Under the pieces are notes generated by a model, which worked only from the letters and a program-made list of their open reading frames with translations, did no database searches and had not been told where the DNA came from. DNA of 64,000 nt from Tubulanus polymorphus (lineage: Eukaryota; Animalia; Nemertea): the NCBI RefSeq assembly GCF_964204645.1, contig NC_134025.1, positions 21,489,101 to 21,553,100 of the forward strand, in the 5' to 3' direction. Shown piece after piece: positions 57,507 to 64,000 of this stretch. Positions within the stretch are counted from its first letter, which is position 1, and every line of letters begins with the position of its first letter. A program made the translations under genes and the position numbers.

Positions 57507-57695
57507 CCTTGTTTCTCATAATCGGCCGGGTCATTTTGTAAACTGTTATGAAATTTGTAATCCGTTCGTTTCTATAGCTGCCGGGTCTATATGGTTATAG
57601 CTTGATCACGATTTTAAAAAAAGTTATGTACAGGGTAGATAGGCGGTCGGCTGGGTCAACTTCGCTCAGCAGAAATGTAGAAATGAGAAACAAGG
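57507..57695. mobile_element. MITE with TA target-site duplication (Tc1/mariner-like)
   Basis: TA|CCTTGTTTCTCAT...ATGAGAAACAAGG|TA. Confidence 0.7.
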
Positions 57696-59528
57696 TATCA
57701 ACTTTCTTTTAGCCTAAAACGAATCGTTTTTTAGTCCATGGTTAAACAGTTTGGGGCCGGTTGCTCAAAAGTTGGTTAACTCCTAATAATGCGTCGTTGA
57801 ACCACTTATCGTGTCGTTATGTAGCCTACGTCGATCGAATGTTAGTTACGTATTTATATAATGTGGCGCGTTATGTTCGTCAACGCGGAGAGCGACAGAG
57901 AGCGAGAGACAGATGATGAATGTTGTAACGTCACAAAAGACGCGCCGATGAATCGTTTTCGGGATTAGCAAACTGATTGGAAATCCTCACTTGAAAACAT
58001 TTCTCTGGCAGGATCGACGACACAAAGGTAACCGCGAAAACGCTGTCATTTATTTCCTGTTAATAATTGATATACATATAGGGATTAGAGAATAGTATCA
58101 ATTCCTTTGTTCTGACAAAATAGATAAACAACGCCATATCAATAATTCAAGCATCGAGCGACCCAAATACTTGGAATAGTTTCGTGTAAGCACGTACGTG
58201 CTTATTTTCTAGACTAATTTCATGTGCATTTAGGCAGCTAAGCTGATCGAACTATTACTATTATCATTACGACTATCATGAAAAACGTGACTGGTTGATT
58301 ATGATGCATGAAGTAAAAAGGAATAGGCCTATATACATACGTACGGAAAAATACGTTGATTTTTTATTTCACTTATACGAGAGAAATGCCATAATAAATT
58401 CAGCCAAAGATGAAAAGTTCTTGAATAGAAGTGTACGTATTGGGGCAGCGTTTCGGCTAAGGACTGTTGGCCATCATCGGTCGTACTGATGATGGCTATA
58501 ATAGTCGTTAGCCGATTGCTCAAGTACGTATATACTCTTTTACTATCGAACTTTCCGGCTAATTTATTGTGGGATTTCTTTCGAATATTCATCTTAAACG
58601 GATATTGTATATCCTCAAGACTCATTTTTGATTTCATTGCTAGAGCGTATACTCGTTCTTCGGCAAAACTATTTGTCTACTGCTACAATACAGTGGCGAG
58701 TAGATATTCATTCTTTGGGTTTTAGTTTTTAAGTTATGTTTGGAAATGTAGGTGGATGGCACTAGCACATAATGGATGATTACCCATGAATGATCTTAGA
58801 GTAACGAAGAAAACCAATATGACATTAACAATTGTACTGCAATTTACCATTTTTTCAATATTTTTGTCTAGACATCGAAAACACTTCAGCGACTCGAAAG
58901 ATATCTTTAGAATATGTATTTGTAAGGTTTTTCTTAGACATGAGGCCGATTTATAAACCAGTTATTTTGACTACAGATATTACATTTGCAATTAAGGACT
59001 GCTGTTTGCATATATACATCTTTGATTTGATTGCCTTTCAAATCATGCGAAAAACACGTGCCCGAATCCATGTATACTGATATGATATACTTGTCATCGT
59101 CGTTGTGGTACGTCAGACACTATGGTTCTTGGTAAACCTTGGTGTTATGATATCCGGAGCTCACGACTTGCAGGTCGTAAGACGTTGAGTCTCTAGACTA
59201 TACAGCCTATCTGACTCAACTCCAATTCTCCGACCAATTCGGTTTACTTGATATTTATCGTAGATATGAGTACAGTGTTGTGAGGTGTCTGGTCGTCATT
59301 CAAACTGTGACATGAAAATATGTCATCAGACCGCTAAATTGACAATAAACCATCCTAAAAATGATGACAACAATTAATAGCTGCAAAGCTGTTAATTGCT
59401 AAATACTCAATAATTACTGAATCAATACTGTCTATGACAAACAACCCATCTCGTACTCATGTCGCCTGTCACTCGAATTTAGTAGTTAGGAAATAATTAT
59501 AATATATACATTTTGACGATTAAACCAT

Positions 59529-59827
59529 AGCCGCGATCCCGCAAGCGTTTTTGGCCCGTACCAAATTTGGCCCGGAACAACTGTTCACACGGCTGCCAAA
59601 CGGGCCCGTGCCAATTCGGCCCGACCAAAAACGTCGGACCTGGCCCAAATTTAAACATGGGTCAAGATCATTGCGTGCGAATTACATCTGGTTGCGGAAA
59701 TGACTCGTCTCGCTTTGTTGTTTAGCATCGAGTGAGTGGTTTGCGTGTGAACTTATTAGGCACGGACCCATTTTGACTTGGGTCTGATCCGTCGTGCCAA
59801 TTTGGCCCGGGCCAAATCGTGGCTTAT
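59529..59827. mobile_element. Dispersed repeat, family D (second copy)
   Basis: Reverse-complement similarity to 2134-2398. Confidence 0.6.
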
Positions 59828-59976
59828 GCAAAAACCCTATTTCCATTACAGTTTGGAATCAGCCGTCCTACCTAGGGTTTTGTCTTTCTCTGTGATGTAT
59901 TCTTGTCAATAACACGTATGGCAGATTTTATGGTTGTTTTCCCGATCACGTAGATTTTCTTTTTCTTAAACAATAG

Positions 59977-61709
59977 TTAGTTGTGAATCGGTGTAAACCT
60001 TTTGTGCGTTTCTGCATGATGCACCTAGTCGCCACGAATCTGGCCCTGTGGTTGTCGGCCACCACCCACGAAACGGTCGCTGATGTTCGCAAAAAGTTAA
60101 CCGGTAAGTAGGATAATGTCATAGAAAAATACGGACAAAATACGATTTTCAAATTTGCGAGTCAGTTCATCATTACATTTCCTTATGGGTAACTTTGATA
60201 CGAAATAAACTAGCCTAAGATATAAATGAACAAAATGTCAAAGCAAACATTTTAGATCATTAATAAGATCCCAAAAAACCCACTATCTACAGATTAAAAG
60301 AATTTATCACCTGACGATGATCTCCAGGGTGAGATCGAAATGACTGAGATCGTCATGTATTCTATATATTTTAGATTGAATAAATAGATTCTTGTTTTTA
60401 AATTCTTTTAATCTGTAGATAGTGGGTTTTCATCTTATTATCATTCACCACGTTTGAATGTGGTTATCGTTCTATTTTAGATCCTTTTTTGGTTATATTT
60501 ACATATATTCAAAAAATATTGTGGACATGTTTCGGCTAACATGTGTTGCCTTAAGTTATAGACCATACGAGTAATAGATGTAGCATTGAGATGAGAAGAA
60601 TTTGATTGAAAAATTGACAAGATAATCGAGCGTTAAGAAATTGAGAGGGCATTTGATGAGCGGTATATGTAAATATAACAAATAGAGGATCTGAAATGTT
60701 TGCCTTGGCGTTTTGTTTAGTTTTGACACTCAAGACTTTTTTTCATTACAAGACTTAAATATCTAAATATCTGCGTTCCATGTCTGTCTAAAGATGGCGT
60801 ATTCTTTCAGAGGAACGTAATGAAACCGACGTCTGTCACTCGGGCGGAGCGTACTACGACAAAGCGGTTGGATTCATCTATCCGTGCGTCGTCGAATACG
60901 GACTGTTCGGGGCTGGAGCGGCTTACATCATGTACCTGAACGTCGGCAAAGGATTCAGTGAACGAACCGTCGTGGAATCCGACACGGACGAACCATCGGC
61001 GCCGTTCTGCGATAAAACAATTTGGCACAAAAGATGTGGCAGGGCATACGTGGGTTTAATCGTGGGTGTGGTCATTATGATTTTGACTTTAATCGGAGTT
61101 ATCGTTTACCATACCGCCTCCGGTAATATGGAATATACATTTTTGGTCATGGAGATTTTGTTGATTATGATTGCCGCATCTGCCGGCATTTTCGTTTACA
61201 TGTTACTGAGGGATTTGAAATACGTAGGTTTGGAGGAAGATAATTTTGATGGCTCGTTGCTCATTATAACGCAGGCGGGCGTCTACGCGCTGTATCTGTT
61301 CATCATGTTGGGAGCTATAAACGCCATCAGAACTGGCGACGAATTCAATTACGGCGTATTTTTCCTGGTACAATCCATCTTATGCATGGGTCAGAGTACC
61401 TTGCAAACTTATACGGTTCTGGACGGGTTCAGTCGTAGCGCCCATAAAACCGAACACGCCGAAAAGAAACCGGGTCAAAATGTGATCACGTTGCTCATAT
61501 GCGTGAATTTTTCCATGTGGATGTCGGCTACGTTTTTGTTCGCAAACGCCGATGATCAGGATTTGTTCTCAGATTATTTCGGTATAATTCCCTGGAGTAT
61601 GATCACGCGGATGTTCTCGCCTTTAGTCATATTCTACCGGTTTCAGGCCTCGATCTGTTTGTCCGATATCTGGGAAAACGCGTACAAAACCCGCGGTAAA
61701 GCGGAGTGA
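59977..61709 (+). CDS. OTOP: Otopetrin-family proton channel (5'-incomplete; last two exons)
   Basis: Exon 59977-60103 (RFCMMHLVATNLALW, TM5) splices in frame to exon 60811-61709 (FIYPCVVEY TM6, LYLNVG-like YIMYLNVG, KKPGQNVITLLICVNFSMW, PWSMITRMFSPLVIFYRFQASICLSDIW). Exons for TM1-TM4 are not recoverable as intact frames. Confidence 0.88.
60261..60440. repeat. Inverted repeat enclosing a hammerhead-like core (Penelope-type remnant)
   Basis: Arms AAAACCCACTATCTACAGATTAAAAGAATTTA / TAAATTCTTTTAATCTGTAGATAGTGGGTTTT; the loop starts CAC-CTGACGA-T-GATCTC-CAGGGT-GAGATC-GAAA (60308-60340). Confidence 0.65.
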
Positions 61710-62430
61710 AAACTTCGATTATTTATATAGAATTTATATGAAGACCTAAACCACGGACGACACCCTCGTCTTCTCAATAAGACCATTAAACCTTCCTAAT
61801 CTCTCGAATCAAAACTCGGGACATAGTTCCGGATTCTAAGCTTTATGACAATAATTAGCTTTAATTAATCACGATACTATTCTTTCTGATTGATACGTCA
61901 TGGGAAACCAACCTGAAACTGGCTGCGGATTTTACTCATCCATGACCGACTGAAACCGACGCTGCAGCATAGTTAGTGACACATTTTTATGTACATCTTT
62001 TCTAAGCGCGAACGAGGCTGTTGCCTGAATACTCATAAACCTATCAACGGATATTTCATTTTGTATTCAATGCTTTATTGTTTATTAATTATTTGTATAC
62101 GGAACCAGATAAGGTGAATAAAGAAAAAAGATAATTTTGAGTGGTTATTTTTTCATTTGCTCTCCACACATTTATCATCCCCATAATGTGGATCTAAAGG
62201 CATTCCGTGACAGCAAAAATACATCCTCTTTATGTATTTTTGGTGACAGATATATTCCGAAAGGAACCATATAAAGTAGGTTGATATCCCAGCTGCTCTA
62301 TCATGCGCATTGTGCGATGATGACGTCAAAGCTGCCCATGTAGCCCCTTGTAGCTCCTTGTAGCCTCTTGTACCCTGACACAGGAATATTTTAACTGAGA
62401 CGAATAGTAGTTTATAGGGTAAACTAATTC

Positions 62431-62533
62431 ATTTGACGCACGAGCTTTCGCTACTAGTGTATAGTGGCTTCATCGCGCTTCCTCGCGTGATGAAGCTTCC
62501 ATACACTGCTAGCGAAGGCTCGTACTTCAAATT
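62431..62533. repeat. Inverted pair of degenerate hammerhead-like motifs
   Basis: Minus strand GCGATGAAGCCACTATACACTAGTAGCGAAAGCTCGTG; plus strand GTGATGAAGCTTCCATACACTGCTAGCGAAGGCTCGTA. Both are clearly related to 53260-53300. Confidence 0.6.
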
Positions 62534-64000
62534 AACTAGTACGTCTCGTTGTACTTATTACACACCAGATAACACGGCACCTCTACGTATCTACCTGATT
62601 GAAGAAAAGCAAGTGCCCAGCGCACCAACCGTATCCCCGGAATGCAAGTTGCGCAACGTTCTCGAATTCCATTGCCTTGCAAGTCAATTCGCGAAAATGC
62701 AGTCGCAAAATAAACAACAGTCTCCGAGTAAACCATAAAAAATGATGTATTCGTAAAACCTCTAAGACATTCGATGCTATCTAAATATGTCATCAGATGA
62801 AAGAAATAAGACAAGTTTAAACATATAGACACTATCTAAATATGTCATCAGACTAGTAAACTGTAAATAAACTGTAAACTGATTAGCGTGTATAGACCTA
62901 TATCTTTGTATATTGTACCAAAAACGTATTCATCAAATCACATCCGCTAATAACCTGTCATGCTATAAAATATACGAGCTGAGTGGCAAGGCGTGTAAGA
63001 CTAGGATCGACGATTTGTCACGCGAATTACTCTGTCACTGTGCGTTGATGATGTATGATATATCCCCGTCGTAATTCATAATTCCTATATTTAGATCGCG
63101 TTAAACGTGGAACATGAAGAATATTGATTGCAGAAATGTTGGACAAAATTGCGAATTCTGCAATCATTACTAAAGTTGATACGTGTAAAACGTGATAAGT
63201 AATAAAATAGACCATAACTGTATGATACGTTGAACACTATGGGGAATCTCAGACGTTACTGTGGCAATCAAGGATCGCTAGTAGTTACTCAGTGGGCGGA
63301 AATTTTGGAAAGTTCCCTTTTTGTAAATATCATTGTAATATCCATAATGGAACTGCCCCTTTTCAGGATCCCTTTTCTCCCCCTCCCCCAAAAAAGGTGT
63401 ACGGCCCTGCCAAGTTAATTGAATGAACTCATTTTGACAGCAAAATATTGTCACGCTATCTGGCGGGATAACTGGTGTCGCAGCTCCATTCCGTATGATA
63501 ATACACCTAACACCAAGGAGATTCTGGAATTGACTTATTATTGCCAATTTAGATCAGCACTACAGAGATCACATAAGTAACGCCAGTCGTAGGAGGAAAT
63601 GACGAGTGAAACATGTTCCCTCATTTCAAATAAACGGTCCTTGGTTTGACGTTTAAACACTTCAACGCTTTTTTTCTACGTGTGGTTTATCATCATAATT
63701 GTAGCCAAATTCATGTTGTATTAAACATGCTTTATTGCCAGTTGTCTGACAGCCGTCTCGATGAGCATGTCTCTACCACGCATAGATAAGTCACCAAAAG
63801 ACATTCAGCTATTTCATATGTCAAGTCTGTTGGAATAATATATTTAAGAATATTAGCGCTAGCGACGGGCTTAGTTGGCGGTCGCAATAAAATTGTGTAA
63901 ACACAATCAAACAAATACAAACGCGTTCTTCAAATAGGTGGTATCAAAATGATGGACCATTCTTTTTTTTCATATCAGAAGGCAGGTTTACTAAAAGAAT

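Overview
AT-rich, intron-dense animal (invertebrate-type) nuclear DNA; the species cannot be determined from the sequence. Bases 1 to about 17,500 contain no protein-coding exon I can recognise, only MITEs, SINE-like pieces and microsatellites. Four multi-exon genes follow, reconstructed by hand from GT-AG splice sites: ATG5 (-, 7 coding exons, 269 aa), ERP44 (+, 13 exons, 427 aa), STX17 (-, 8 exons found, start codon not located) and SMCR8 (+, 24 exons, 811 aa). They are arranged as two head-to-head pairs joined tail-to-tail, so three autophagy genes and an ER quality-control gene sit within about 36 kb. Further right are an intronless 211-aa type I membrane protein ORF and an otopetrin proton-channel gene whose N-terminal part I cannot recover intact. 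Repeats include piggyBac-, Harbinger-, Tc1/mariner- and 5-bp-TSD hAT-like MITEs (two of them nested), tRNA-derived SINE heads, a LINE remnant, a foldback element and several Penelope-type minimal hammerhead ribozyme motifs. All identifications rest on recalled family motifs, not database searches.
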